Part shown: one piece after another, positions 51,521 to 63,981 of the stretch
Layout of the letters: each line of letters opens with the position of its first letter
Position numbering within the stretch: position 1 is the first letter of the stretch
Source: Octopus sinensis
Taxonomy: Eukaryota
Length of the DNA: 64,000 nt
Direction: 5' to 3'
Assembly: GCF_006345805.1 (NCBI RefSeq)
Contig: NC_043009.1
Span: forward strand, 36,642,001 to 36,706,000
Notes under the pieces: model-generated
Told to the model about the DNA's origin: nothing
The model's database searches: none
What the model saw: the letters and a program-made list of their open reading frames with translations, nothing else
Program-made: the position numbers and the translations under genes

Positions 51521-53279
51521 TAATCTAGAAATATGTTTGTTCACTTCACTGAATGATAATATTTGTCCCATTATATGTTACTGATATTTACGATAATTCT
51601 GATTGAACAGATAGGGAATAGCAATGTGCTACTCCAAGGAGATCCGTGTTCAAAGTGGTAATATTGTCAGTTTTGGTTGGCTGCTCACTGCAACTGCGCA
51701 TATGCTTTGTCAGTGCCAGACTCAGTCGGTACTACCAAAACAAAGAATGTCCATGAGATGGTTACAACGGAGAGACAATTGTTCTGTTTTGTTTGTGTTT
51801 GATAGAATTGAAGTGTTTTGTGCTTCATTGAAGATTTGTTATATTTATACGATACTGTTACTTGTTGAACAGGAAATATAGCAATGGTTACTGATTGGAA
51901 ATCTATAAACACCTATGATAACAAATGGTTTGCCTCTCCACAGCCAGTAGTTTGATGAATTATCACAGTCACATATGGAACGTTCCATGTTTAACCTATT
52001 ATGGCATTCTGGTAGGTTCATAATTTATCATCAGTTTGTATGGTTTTGGCTAAGCATTTCATGGAAGAAATACCTTCAGAAGTTGAACTCACAACTTTAG
52101 TTTTATCAAGGTTGCATTAGATATTGATGTTATTCACATTGCTAATTAGAGCTGCTGAGCTCTGTTCCTTTAAGCAAGGCATGCATCTGCAGAAGTTTCC
52201 AGATATTTCAAAGTAATTACTGATATTAAATTACAGTTGTTTAACAAAATATGGCAATACTTTCAGTTCTGAAGCTGAATTTCTTCGAGAAGCCAGAACG
52301 AAAACTTGTTATTTATACCACATATCATACTGAAAGCACTCATACTCCATTAGTAATCATCCTAACCCTCTTTGTCTGTTTTGGTATATATATATATTTT
52401 GAGTACATAATGTCATTTCCTCTATGTTATGATGTTCTCTCGAAGTAATGGTTTCATTCTATAGAGTAATTTTATTTCTTCTTTTGAAATAACACTCTGT
52501 AAATATTTTGACTCTCTACTTGGTTGGTGTCTGCTTGCATATGTCACTATTTTCATTCTCTTTAAGCTGTTCTTTTATTTTCCCATTTCTTAAATCCATT
52601 TGCAGTTTACTCATTGCTGAATGCTAACCTCTCAGTCTCCTATTTGTAATGTGACTATAGCTTAAATAAGAACCAAGAAGGTACAAATTTATGTCTTTTA
52701 CTTATACCTATTGTCCTGAGATTTGGTAAGAAATCTTGATATTCACTCCAGAATTTGACTAGGTGAGGCCATGACAGTAGAATTGCTTCTTTGATCAGAA
52801 GAATTTGGTTCCAAATTAGTTACCAATTTTGATGATAATGTTTCCTCTGTAGCAAATTAACTAATAATTCTATTATTTAGATTATGAATTAGTTTATTAT
52901 ATTCAATAATAATTAGCCTAATTATAATAGTGAACAACTAAGATCTTCTCCTTGTGCTAGGTTAGTCCATACAGTCAGTGATTTGCAAAGTAATTGAATA
53001 GTTAAAGGACATCGATATTATGTTTAAAACATTCCTAAGTAACATGTTTACAGCAACTATAAACATTTTTTGGTGAATAACTTATTTAACACTTTGAAGT
53101 AAGTGACTGCATAACTGAGTAATGATGAATCCAAGGAAGGATTTGGGTAATAATTTCAAACTAATACATATTTGAATGAATTAGATACTAGACTGCTAAA
53201 ATAAATATATAGCAACAGCAATATCAATTATAATTCTTGTATTGCTACTTCTATTATTATATAATAGAGATATCCATTA

Positions 53280-54230
53280 ATCTTATGAGACCGTGGTTCT
53301 GTGCTTGGAAAGTCTCGCTTTGGTCTCATTGGCAGAACACTGTCTGCTGTGACTATATATACCATTGTGTATATAGTCTTGGCTGCAGTGACTGCACTTG
53401 AAGGTGCATTCTGCTAGTCTTGTTTTGGTGTTGTTTTTCCATCAAATTTGCTTTTCTTCATTAGTAAACTTCAACTTCAATCTCTCCTCTGCCCTTTTTA
53501 AACTTGTGTCCAATTCCATCTCTAGTAGGAACCATCACCAGCAATGTCCTTCCACTTTTTCCCTATTTGTGGAAAGAGATTTCACGTGACTCTTGCAGAC
53601 ATCTTTGAAACAAAGACATTGTCCTTGTGTTCTTATGCCAGAAGCCAGTTCACCGTACAAAAAGGTCTTTTGGGATCTTTCTTTTGGATATCTGGTGTAT
53701 ATGGCCCAACCAGTGGAGGTGTCCTTGTTTTGGTAGGATGAGGTGGCTGAGTATCTGCCAGAATTTAATTGGTAACTCAGTTTGTCCTTGTGATGTTCTT
53801 GAATTCATCTTGGGCTGTGTAGACTGTCACTCCAGTCTGCAATAGATGTCCTTTGTGCTTTGTGTCTTTTGTAGGCACAGTCTGCTTGGTTCCTCTTGCT
53901 AGATTCCACCTTGCTCTCTAGTCTTGTCTAAACCTTTTTCCTGTCAGAAAAGGGTACAATCAGTCCTGTAGGTTCCTGTTTCTGCAAAGCATGTCTTTTG
54001 TAGTGATGCAATGTTCACTTGAAGTTTTAGCAGTTTGTGGTTAATCACTGCAGTCTTTTGTATATCATTTGTCTTCGGGAGATTATCTCATAGTCCAGTA
54101 GTCATGGTATTTACATTCTAGCATCCTAACCTGGATGATGGTTTCTTCTTTTGCCTTCATGTCATGCATGTTGCAGGCAGGTTCTATTTCTAAACTCCAT
54201 GCATTCAGTGAGGCAGGTGGACTGGTAGGA
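53280..54230 (-). mobile_element. Internally deleted RTE LINE (endonuclease N-terminus fused to RT C-terminus and zinc-knuckle tail)
   Basis: 5' part RLGC*NVNTMTTGL...KTAVINHKLLKLQVNIASLQKT (APE start); junction about 53900; 3' part LHWLGHI...IPKDL.YGELASG...FKCSHCSQD.....YSHSRQC. Confidence 0.8.
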
Positions 54231-55391
54231 CAGCACCTAATTACTTCCATTTGTTATAGAATGAAGGGCATGAAAAAACATATTTTGCTATAATATGGGA
54301 CCATAATTTTCACAAAAAAATGTTTAAGAAATAAGAGCATCTAGTCATTAATTTAAATAGTCATATTGTTTCTTTTTAAATTTATATTATTGTGAACAGA
54401 GTAAAAAAAAATGTAAAAATTACATTTACATTTAGAGGTCTTGTTGGTTGTCCTTCCTGGCAATGGGAAGCACAAAAAATAAATAAAATAAATGCTGAAA
54501 TTGTTTGGTCTGAAGCATTGGCAGATCTCTTGAGACTAGCTTCTCATTCTTTTCCTTTTTTTTTTTTACTTTTGCTATGATCACATTGTGGCATTCAAAA
54601 TTTCAAATATCACTTATAATTGTTGTGGCTGCAGGCTGGTAATTAATTGCTACAAATGAATTAGAAATAAACCAGAAATGCCAACAAAATGTAAATCTGT
54701 TTTGTAACTGTGAGTTTGACATGGTTTTTTATAACATTTATAACCAAAACAATACAATATTTTTCAACTGATTTGACTCAGATCAATATTTTCTGTTGAT
54801 TATTATTGGAAAAAATAAGTCATTATTGCAAAATAATTATTTAATTTCAAAAGTTCCTTTTCATATCAAGCAAATTTACAAAATAATGACATTATTTGTC
54901 CCTTTCAGCTTCCACGACAAAAGGTTGAGTGAGCAATGGCTTCTGTTGCCTCCTTCTCCACATCAGTTCTCAATTCAGGTGTCCTTTGCCCTTTCTGGTG
55001 CTTACAAAATGTCCCTTCTGCCAAAAGACTGATCTTCTCTTCATCCACTTGAGTTCTGCATCCACTTTCCATGCTGGCACTTTTTGGCACAATTGCTGTG
55101 GTCTAAGCGACCTCCCAAACATTAGCTACTTGCATTTGTCTTTTGAGTTTGTTTCTACAGCTGAATGATCTTCCTAATGCCAATCTCTTTCTAGAGTATA
55201 CTGGTAGAAACTATTATTATAATTGTGTCTTGCAAGGTTATTTTTTGTGGCAGTGAAGGGGTGGGGGTATTGTATGTAAAGCTGTGAACCATGCTATAAT
55301 TTATGTTTGTTTTGTTCAGGTTTGTTTATTTTTCTCACCTTATGTAATTCACTATTATTGGGGGGTCTTTCTGTTTTATAATAATTATTAT

Positions 55392-55560
55392 CAGGAGTGG
55401 CTGTGTGGTAAGTAGCTTGTTTACCAACCACATGGTTCCGGGTTCAGTCCCACTGCGTGGCACCTTGGGCAAGTGCCTTCTACTATAGCCTTGGGCCGAC
55501 CAAAGCCTTGTGAGTGGATTTGGTAGACGGAAACTGAAAGAAGCCCGTCATATATATATG

Positions 55561-55595
<35 letters not shown>

Positions 55596-55805
55596 TTGTG
55601 TGTCTGTGTTTGTCCTCCTAGCATTGCTTGACAACTGATGCTGGTGTGTTTATGTCCCCGTTACTTAGCCGTACGGCAAAAGAGACCGATAGAATAAGTA
55701 CTGGGCTTACAAAAGAATAAGTCCCAGGGTCGAGTTGCTCGATTAAAGGCGGTGCTCCAGCATGGCCGCAGTCAAATGACTGAAACAAGTAAAAGAGTAA
55801 AGAGT
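55392..55805 (+). mobile_element. Full-length CORE-type SINE
   Basis: Same architecture as 27030-27434, high similarity. Confidence 0.92.
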
Positions 55806-56729
55806 ATTAATCATACTTAATATTAATTATTATCATTAAAGTGTAGGACAAAATACCTTGCAGTATTTGTTCTGATTCTTTATATTTCAGAGTTCAAATC
55901 CTGCCAAGGTGAATATTGCTTTTCATCCTTTCAGGTTCTGTAAAATAAAAATACCAGTTATGTACTGGGGTCAATTTAATCAACTAACCCCACTCTCTCT
56001 CTCCAAATTTTTGGCTTTGTACCTATGTTAGAAACGATTTTTTTTTATAGCTGTTATTGGGAAATCATTTTATAATCAAGTCCCCCTCACTGCCTACACC
56101 ATTCCTCCAAATAACCAAATTCTTACCTGCTTCTTATTTGTTAAGAAACTTTTAAAATCCAAAATTTTTTTGTCTGATTTCCTTTGTCGTGACAGACTAG
56201 CTTTTTCTACACTCAGACATATAGTGCTCTCTCTCTCTCTCTCCAATGTAATACATTACATAGCTGTCTCTCTACTAATCAGTAGATGTCTGTCTCTCTT
56301 TCTTCTTCTCTGTCTGTTTGTCTTTCTCTGTTTCTCAAATCAACAACTTGTGTATAAATCCACTGATATTGTCTTTTTCATTTATACTTGTTATTATATA
56401 AGACAATATAAATTGTTTATTTTATCTATGGCCATTGAAAATTTGAAAAAATAAATGTTTATAAATCCTATCTTTAGAATATTTGTGTTTAACTTCTTTT
56501 AAAACAGTCTGTATGACTGTTAAGTGTTGCTTTTTGTCACAGATTAGCTCTAATCTTACAGATTACAGAGAGCTGTAATCAAAGATATTCCAACCAAAAC
56601 CATCCTGTCTTTCAAGAGTGTATTGGACTAAATTATCTCATAGATCTTGATTGAGCAACTGGAATTTCTCCTTACATTTTGTTTTTTTTATCAACCAGGT
56701 AATGTAGAAAAGTTTTGTAGCCAATGTTG

Positions 56730-57142
56730 GGATCTTTTCGGTTTGAACGGCAGTTTTTAACATAATTTCTAGGTAACTAAAAAATGTTAAACTTCGTATA
56801 CCGGTAGAATGTGTTTATAAAACATCTTTTTCTCTTGGCTTTATTGAGAAAATTCTATAGTTTGTAAGATATTTGTTTTTTTTCTTCAATTTCTGCAATT
56901 TCAACCAATCAATTACGTCCATTGAGGTAAAAAACATTCTGTGCCGTATGAATATGACCCTCGTTTAAGAAACAGATTGGGTTTATTTACATTTGTGAAG
57001 AAAAAAAGATACCCTTCCCCCCATCCCTAACCCTAACCCTAAAACAGATTGAAATGCAATAGATCGATAATATGGTCATAATTATGGGTGACAATTTCAT
57101 ATGACACCGCTAGAAAAATTGCCGTTCAAACCGAAAAGATCC
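56730..57142 (+). mobile_element. Intact 413-bp MITE with 29-bp TIRs and 8-bp TSD
   Basis: TIR GGATCTTTTCGGTTTGAACGGCA(G/A)TTTTT; TSD CAATGTTG at 56722-29 and 57143-50; internal (CCCTAA)3 at 57025-57042. Confidence 0.92.
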
Positions 57143-57536
57143 CAATGTTGTGTATCATCATCATCATCATCATCATTATCATTTCTATATCAACACCATA
57201 ATTTTCGTCATCATTGACAGCTACAAAGGCTTAAGGAAACACAGTGTGGCTCCAAAATGAAGTAGTTCAGCAAAGGTAGTTCTGGATAAAATTTCCTTGG
57301 ATAAAATGCGTTTTTTGCCAAGTTGCATAAGCACATTGAATACAGTCGTATGCCAGAAATAGCAGTCGAACTGCAGAAATAGCAGTTGAACCGCAGAAGT
57401 ATCAGTCGAACATCCTAACATGTTAAATAGAGAAGGTTGCATAGCAAATAGGAATGAGATGGTGACAGCCAGAAATAAATGTGATTATGTGTCAGTCCTT
57501 TGATTACAGCTGATCTGGAAGTTAATAAATATAGAC

Positions 57537-57836
57537 TCCAGCGTTTTACAAGGTCATATGATGGAGCATCATCACCATAAGTTACTTTCATTTCATCAAA
57601 AGTCTCCCGTGGTGTGCGTCCTTTCAAATAGAAAAACCGGATCACTGCTCGACACTCAACAGGCTCCATTTCACACTTGACTCAGTTCAAACACCTGTAA
57701 ATCAGAAACCACAATTAGTTCAGAGCTGTAATTTGCCACTTAATCTATAGAGATATAAATAATTGGACATGCACAATTTCAGCTAGATTAAACAACTGCA
57801 AGTGGGTCAGGGGCATTACTTATTGAACGTCCCTCG
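57537..57836 (-). mobile_element. mariner transposon 5' end
   Basis: TA+CGAGGGACGTTCAATAAGTAA TIR; MEPVECRAVIRFFYLKGRTPRETFDEMKVTYGDDAPSYDLVKRW = mariner N-terminal HTH. Confidence 0.88.
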
Positions 57837-57852
57837 TATATATGTATGTATG

Positions 57853-57891
<39 letters not shown>

Positions 57892-58196
57892 ATATATATA
57901 TATGCATGTGTATGTTTGTGCATCTGTGTTTGTCTAGTGATTCTACTACAAGAAACAATAAAAAAGGAGAAAATAATAGTAATATTATATAAACGTTTGG
58001 AAAAGCCTTTGAGCAATGCTGAGTAAGAAGAAGTTGATAAAATATTGAGGTGATGTCAAATGAAAACAAAGAGAAACAATATTGCATTACTTTACATAGG
58101 CTAGATAATGATGCAATAATATTTCGGGAAAGATTCCTCTTTTCAAATAGAAGAAAGAAAATAGAATTTGCAGAAATATGTATGTATGTATGTATG

Positions 58197-58365
58197 AAAT
58201 TAGTGTACATTTAAACTCAAGAGGCATACTTTAACAGGCAGCCTTATTTTTCATTCCCTTCGAAATTGCTCTTAAATGTGGTTTTGGTAGTTTTGACTGC
58301 TTCTTCTAGCGTGTAAGGCTGCCTGTTAAAGGTCGCCTCTCTTGTGTTTAAATGTACACTAATTT
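58197..58365. mobile_element. Approx. 170-bp fold-back element/MITE with about 50-bp arms
   Basis: AAATTAGTGTACATTTAAAC...TTTAACAGGCAGCCTTA and TAAGGCTGCCTGTTAAA...GTTTAAATGTACACTAATTT. Confidence 0.8.
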
Positions 58366-59486
58366 TATATGGAGAATATATTGTCTTTTGACTTTTTATA
58401 CATGCTAGGCCAATGGTTGTGAAATTTCTAAAAAAAAACAAAAAAACTTGCTACCCTGTATATTTTACGTATATGTATGTATGTGTGTGTGTATATATAT
58501 ATATATATAAATGTATGTATATATATATGTGTGTGTATATATATAAATAAATGTATGTATATATATATGTGTGTATATATATATACAGACACACACATAC
58601 ATACATGGCACAAATAATACGGCTAAGGACACGCTTGTTAAATAATTTATAAGCCGTAAAAATCATTGAACTAATGTACCATTATAGTGTGTGTGTGAGT
58701 GAGTGACACACGCACGTATGTATGTATAGACACATCTCTTTCTGTACATCTATATATAATACATGTACACATTCTACTCAATGCTTTTGTTCAGTATCTG
58801 TATGTAAGATATAGTCGGTGGAAATTGTGTGTGTGTGTGTGCGTAGCTGCGTGCATGTGTGTGCATGTAGCATGCGCGTGCTCGACGTGTGTCTGTCGAC
58901 TGGTTGTCTTTTGTCTGTCGTCTGCCGTCCTCCATTTCTTGTAATGTCGGCGGACTGGTAGAGACGAGTGAAGTGAAATAGTGATGGCCAGGAAGTCAGT
59001 GATTAACTGTCGGCAATGATTCGGCTGGAATGGCGGTTAATTGCTCTGCAATAGTATTTGGTTGCATGCTTAATAAACAGGAAACGGCGGTGGTTTTCAC
59101 GAGGAGCAATAGGAGATGGCTGACTGAGTTGATGTTGATGGGGGTGAAGGTGGTGGTTTAGTATGATAGTAATGCACTGGTGACGATGGTGGTGACAAGG
59201 TTTTAGAAATTATTTATTGAAATATTTCCCGCAAATGGTGGAAAATAGCGCCGTTGGTCACAGATTTCCGACGGGCAACTCAATCACTCCTTAAATTTCT
59301 GACGGCCAGAGTGACAAGGGAGTCAACAATTACTTCAAGGAATTTCATTTGTAAAGTATCGCTTTTTAGGGCCGATATCCATCAGTCACACACACACACC
59401 GAGTGTAATGTAAAAGTCGGTACAATTATTTTTTGTTAATTGTCAAAAGTCATTCAAATTACACATGTTGGTGACTTAGCTCTTCT

Positions 59487-59690
59487 TATTTCTTTATTGC
59501 CCACAAGGGGCTAAACACAGAGGGGACAAACAAGGACAGACAAACGGATTAAGTCGATTACATCGACTCCAGTGCGTAACTGGTACTTATTTAATCGACC
59601 TCGGTGGAATTTGAACTCAGAACGTATCGACAGACGAAATACCGCTGAGCATTTCGCCCGGCGCGCTAACGTATCTGCCAGCTCGCCGCC
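59487..59690 (-). mobile_element. Meta-like SINE with internal deletion
   Basis: TSD TTAGCTCTTCT (59476-86, 59691-701); central segment lost between two TCGACC microhomologies. Confidence 0.9.
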
Positions 59691-59701
59691 TTAGCTCTTC
59701 T

Positions 59702-60130
59702 GCCATACAAAAGTTATTGCTCAACTCTGTCTCCATTACAAGTGATGCATCTGCTCCATCGTTAAACCCAACTCTTGAGAATTCTCTTTGAAAAAAAAAA
59801 TGTTGCAGTCAGTTCTTTACGGTCTGTGTCATTAAATCGTTGTCCCTTAAGATTGCTCTTCATTAGACCGAACAGGTGAAAATCGACGGGTGCCAGATTC
59901 AGTAATACAGTGGATGGGAAACTCATTGATCAGCTCAGTTTGCCGATTACCTGATTTGTTGCCAAAGATGTGTCTCGCACAATGCCATAGTGACTGTGGA
60001 TATGTCAGATTTTTGTTTGGTCTGTTCCTTCTAACGGATTCGCTCAATTTCCAACTCGCTATTCATAGTACAATAACGTTCTAGAAAATTTAAAGAGAAT
60101 GACATCCTTGTCGTCTACCCAAGCAAAAAA
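59702..60130 (-). mobile_element. Decayed mariner transposase C-terminal half
   Basis: HPLY..NLAPVDFHLFGLMKSNLKGQRFNDTD (cf. HPPYSPDLAPSDFHLF) and RWSRCITCNGDRVEQ-stop. Confidence 0.8.
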
Positions 60131-61089
60131 CCCCAGTCACCATGGCTTATTGTGCTGATTGCGGGGTCTTGAACTTCTTAGGCGTTAAGAAGATGAGCAG
60201 TAGTAGCATTGTGCATGTGATGAGTCTTATCCGCCTGGGCGGCAATTTTATGGAGGAAGCACTTTCAGATCTGCTGTATAGCGGCGGCAAACTCAAGGCT
60301 GCCCCGGGCGGTTCATAACCTAGCTATGCTACTGAAGATTGTTGTTGTTATTTAACTCTTAGTTGGCTCTGATCCAGCAGACCATTAAGCGCATGCGTGA
60401 TCGTGTATGAAGAAATTCGCCTCGTAGTTATGTGGTTTTAGGATCGCTTCCACTGCGTGGCACCTTAGATACGAGTCCTCTATTTTGCTCACACCAACCC
60501 GAAAGACTAATAAATGAAATTTGGACGAGGGTACTCTGGCCGTTCTGAGGCGGCAGACATGATATGCTTGGCAGACGTAATTCCACCATCCGACTCCATC
60601 CCTCCACTTTCCAACAGTAATTGTCTTTAGGTAAGTCCCTTTTGTTGCTAACGCTGAGGACTAGGCCTGTGGTCTGAAAGTTATATCACCCCACTATCTT
60701 CGAATCATGGGAACTTTCATTCCTCTAATAAATCTATCAAAAATAAAGACATTCCAGCCGTGACCATCTCGTCTTTGTTTTTAGATTCATCCTTCCCATC
60801 AAGTATGTTGCTCGTTTGTATTTTACCAATGACATGAAAAATGTTGCTTCCAGTACGATTTGAACTTAGAGCGTTAACAAACGTAGCTAAATGCTATCGC
60901 CACGTACATTTCATCAGACATTGTATCGTTGCTGCCACGTATAGCCCGAAATATTGAATACAAGACTAACAACAGCAACATACGCCCAGATAACATACAG
61001 GTGATATACAAAATACAGCCGATAACTGAGACATCATATTTGTAGGGTTAATATTTTGAGAGAGAAAATTTAGACGAACAAGGAATACA

Positions 61090-61445
61090 ATCTTTTCTAC
61101 TCTAGGCACAAGGTCCGAAATTTTGTGGGGAGGGGAACAGTTGATTAGATCGACCCCAGTATACAACTGGTATTTAATTTATCGACCCCGAAAGGATGAA
61201 AGACGTAAAGACAGACGAAACATCGTTACAAACGAGGAATATATATTTCTTTACTGCCCACAAAGGGCTAAACATAGAGGGGACAAACAAGGACAGACAA
61301 AGAGATTAAGTCAATTACATCGACCCCAGTGCGTAACTGGCACTTTATTTATCGACCCCGAAAGGATGAAAGGCAAAGTCGCCCTCGGCGGAATTTGAAC
61401 TCAGAACGTAAAGACAGACGAAACATCGTTACGAACGAGGGATAT
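61090..61445 (-). mobile_element. Two tandem 5'-truncated Meta-like SINEs with different tails
   Basis: Units 61090-61220 and 61245-61423; 40-bp direct repeat at 61203-42 and 61406-45. Confidence 0.85.
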
Positions 61446-61744
61446 AATGTGAATAAAATGTGAATACACCTGCCCTCGTGATAGTTACTGATATTGTAAC
61501 ATTGGCGACACGTGTTCCGATATTAGTGAACGTTTGTCATTGTATCTTTGAAGTGGTCTTACCAGGCGTACGTTTCTTAAGCGTAAAAGAAAAGAAAGAT
61601 CTCGTGTATGTTTATATGTGTGTGTATGTTGTGTTGTGTTGAGTGTGTGTGTGTGTGTGTGTTTGTGTGTCTAGTGTTTCGTTAGTTGTTTAGTTCTTTA
61701 TTCATGTACTTCTGCGAGCAAGTCGTAACAAACTTACATTCCTA

Positions 61745-61780
61745 TTAATTCACACACACACGCACACGCATACACACACA

Positions 61781-61826
<46 letters not shown>

Positions 61827-61870
61827 TTACACACGCACCTACGGACGCACTTACGCACGCGCGCGCGTGT
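61745..61870. repeat. (CA)n/(CG)n compound microsatellite
   Basis: Direct reading. Confidence 0.9.
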
Positions 61871-63149
61871 GGAGAGAGAAAGAGTTTCTAAACCAAAAAA
61901 GAAAAAAAAAAAATGTTATGAAAACTCGAAACAGCAGCTGCTGCTGCAGTACATATGGCCATTTGCATCTGCTTCTTTGCGGGGTAGTCTTATGTACACA
62001 AGTGTCTGATAAATACTTTGTTCAGATGAGGTTTAATTAAAACTCTTAACCCCTCTTGTACTTCTGACAACCACAACAGTTCTCCCCTCCTATTAGTAAC
62101 CTACTGCCTGTTCACCACTCTTCACACAGCAATGTGTTGATTTAACCATAAAAGTGAAGAAATGGATGGCTACTTGCCGCCTCAATAGGAGTTGGTGTTG
62201 CTGTTTACAAACGACCTGGTGTCGGACACGAGTCCTTTCTTTTTTAAAGATCTTGTTAACTGGCTGTGAAAGCGGTAGGCCGTTAATATCGGTTTCAAAT
62301 TTTGGCACAAGGGCAGCAGTTTTGAGGGAAGTGGCCAAATCGGCCAAATCGACTCAAGTGCTCATCTCAGTTTTATTGACCTTGAAAGGGAAAATGGCAA
62401 AGTTTATTTAGGGTGGAATTTGAACTCAGAATTTCAAGACGGACGAAATGCCGCCAAGCATCTTGCCCAACCTGCTAACAGACACAGTCTTGTAGTCTTG
62501 GATTTGGTAGTTGATAAAAAGTCTAATAAATTAAAAAATGAATCAAATCCTTCATACAGTTCTTAGAAGTGTAGTATGTTCTTAGCTACATTAGTGGCAA
62601 CATGGACTCTTTCCCACTTCTTGTTCTATTAGAGAATTTGAGTAAAATTATATTAAGGCGGGAAACTGGTTAAAAATTCTATTTATTTATTTATGCAGCT
62701 GAGGGTAGCCTTGCATTTGAATTGATGTAATGATCGCATTGTTCAATTAAATGGAGTCGCTTGAAACGGTCGTACTGCATCACCTCCTGATATCCTGTTG
62801 CTTATTTTGATTACACACACACACATACACACACACACATACACACACACACACGCACACACACACATACACACACAAAACATTGATAACTTTGATAGGT
62901 TTCGGCCAGTATAGGCCCAGGCTATGTCTAACTAAATACCACCACCTGGTGAAGTCTTTTAGTCTTATATGGGGCACTATAGCCCACTCTAACAAAGAGT
63001 TATGTTGGAGACATATCCGGGTGTAGGAGGTTGGTCTGGGATTTTATATTTCATTTTTGACTATAGTAGAAGACACGCAGTGGGATTGAGCCCGGAACCA
63101 TGTAGATGAGGAGCAAACCTCTTACCATGCAGCCACACCTGCGCCCTAA

Positions 63150-63400
63150 TGAGTATATATATATATCATCATCCGAGGGTGCTTATTGCCCGGATCGCCG
63201 TGACTCGTTCTCTCCAGTCTGTTTGGTCCGTCATTGTACGTGGGTTGGTCTTCTCGGGTGCACTCGGCGTCCTCGCATCTCTGTTTTATATAGGTACGAT
63301 GTGGTCTATTATCATTTGCGTACTCATACTTTGGTTCCCAGAGAAGAACGTCGCTGATGATCTCATCCTTTGCTCTCCAGCAATGTCCAGCGAATCTTGT
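63150..63400 (-). mobile_element. RTE LINE 3' end
   Basis: RFAGHCWRAKDEIISDVLLWEP...RPHRTYI; ends in GGATGATGATATATA tail. Confidence 0.85.
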
Positions 63401-63530
63401 GTGTGTGTGATTATATCCTGCAGTAATAGACACATTTGTCCAATCCCGATCAAAATGAAAATCATCAGAGTCCCCACTGTGACATCATTGCAAAATCCAT
63501 CCCTGCACTCTAATTATATTCACGCTTCCA

Positions 63531-63981
63531 AAGGCGGCGAGCTGGAAGAAATGTTAGCACGCCGGGCGAAATGCTTAGAGGTATTTCGTCTGCCGCTACG
63601 TTCTGAGTTCAAATTCCGCCGAGGTCGACTTTGCCTTTCATCCTTTCGGGGTCGATAAATTAAGTACCAGTCACGCACTGGGGTCGATGTAATCGATTTA
63701 ATCCGTTTGTGTGTCCTTGTTTGTCCTCTCTATGTTTAGCTCCTTGTGGGCAATAAAGAAATAAGAAACGTTAAGCATGCCGGGCGAAAGACGTTGCCGT
63801 ATTTCGTCTGCCGTTACGTTCTGGGTTCAAATTCCGCCGAGGTCGACTTTGCCTTTCATCCTTTCAGGGTCTATAAATTAAATACCAGTTACGCACTGGG
63901 GTCGATGTAATCGACTTAATCCGTCTGTTTGTCCTTGTTTGTCCCCTCTGTGTTTAGCCCCTTGTGGGTAGTAAAGAAATA
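63531..63981 (+). mobile_element. Head-to-tail dimer of Meta-like SINE inserted as one unit
   Basis: 16-bp TSD TATATTCACGC(T/C)TCCA at 63515-30 and 63982-97 brackets both units; junction at 63764-68. Confidence 0.9.

Noticed and set aside
62892-62928. Minus-strand GGCC/GGCC hairpin + GAAA
   Set aside because: The CUGANGA core is absent (only CUG) and there is no helix I.
63531-63620. tRNA gene
   Set aside because: A/B-box-bearing heads here and at other SINE copies lack a cloverleaf and run directly into SINE bodies.
63149-63658. 169-aa plus-strand ORF
   Set aside because: Composite of antisense RTE tail, unique spacer and SINE head; no coherent protein.
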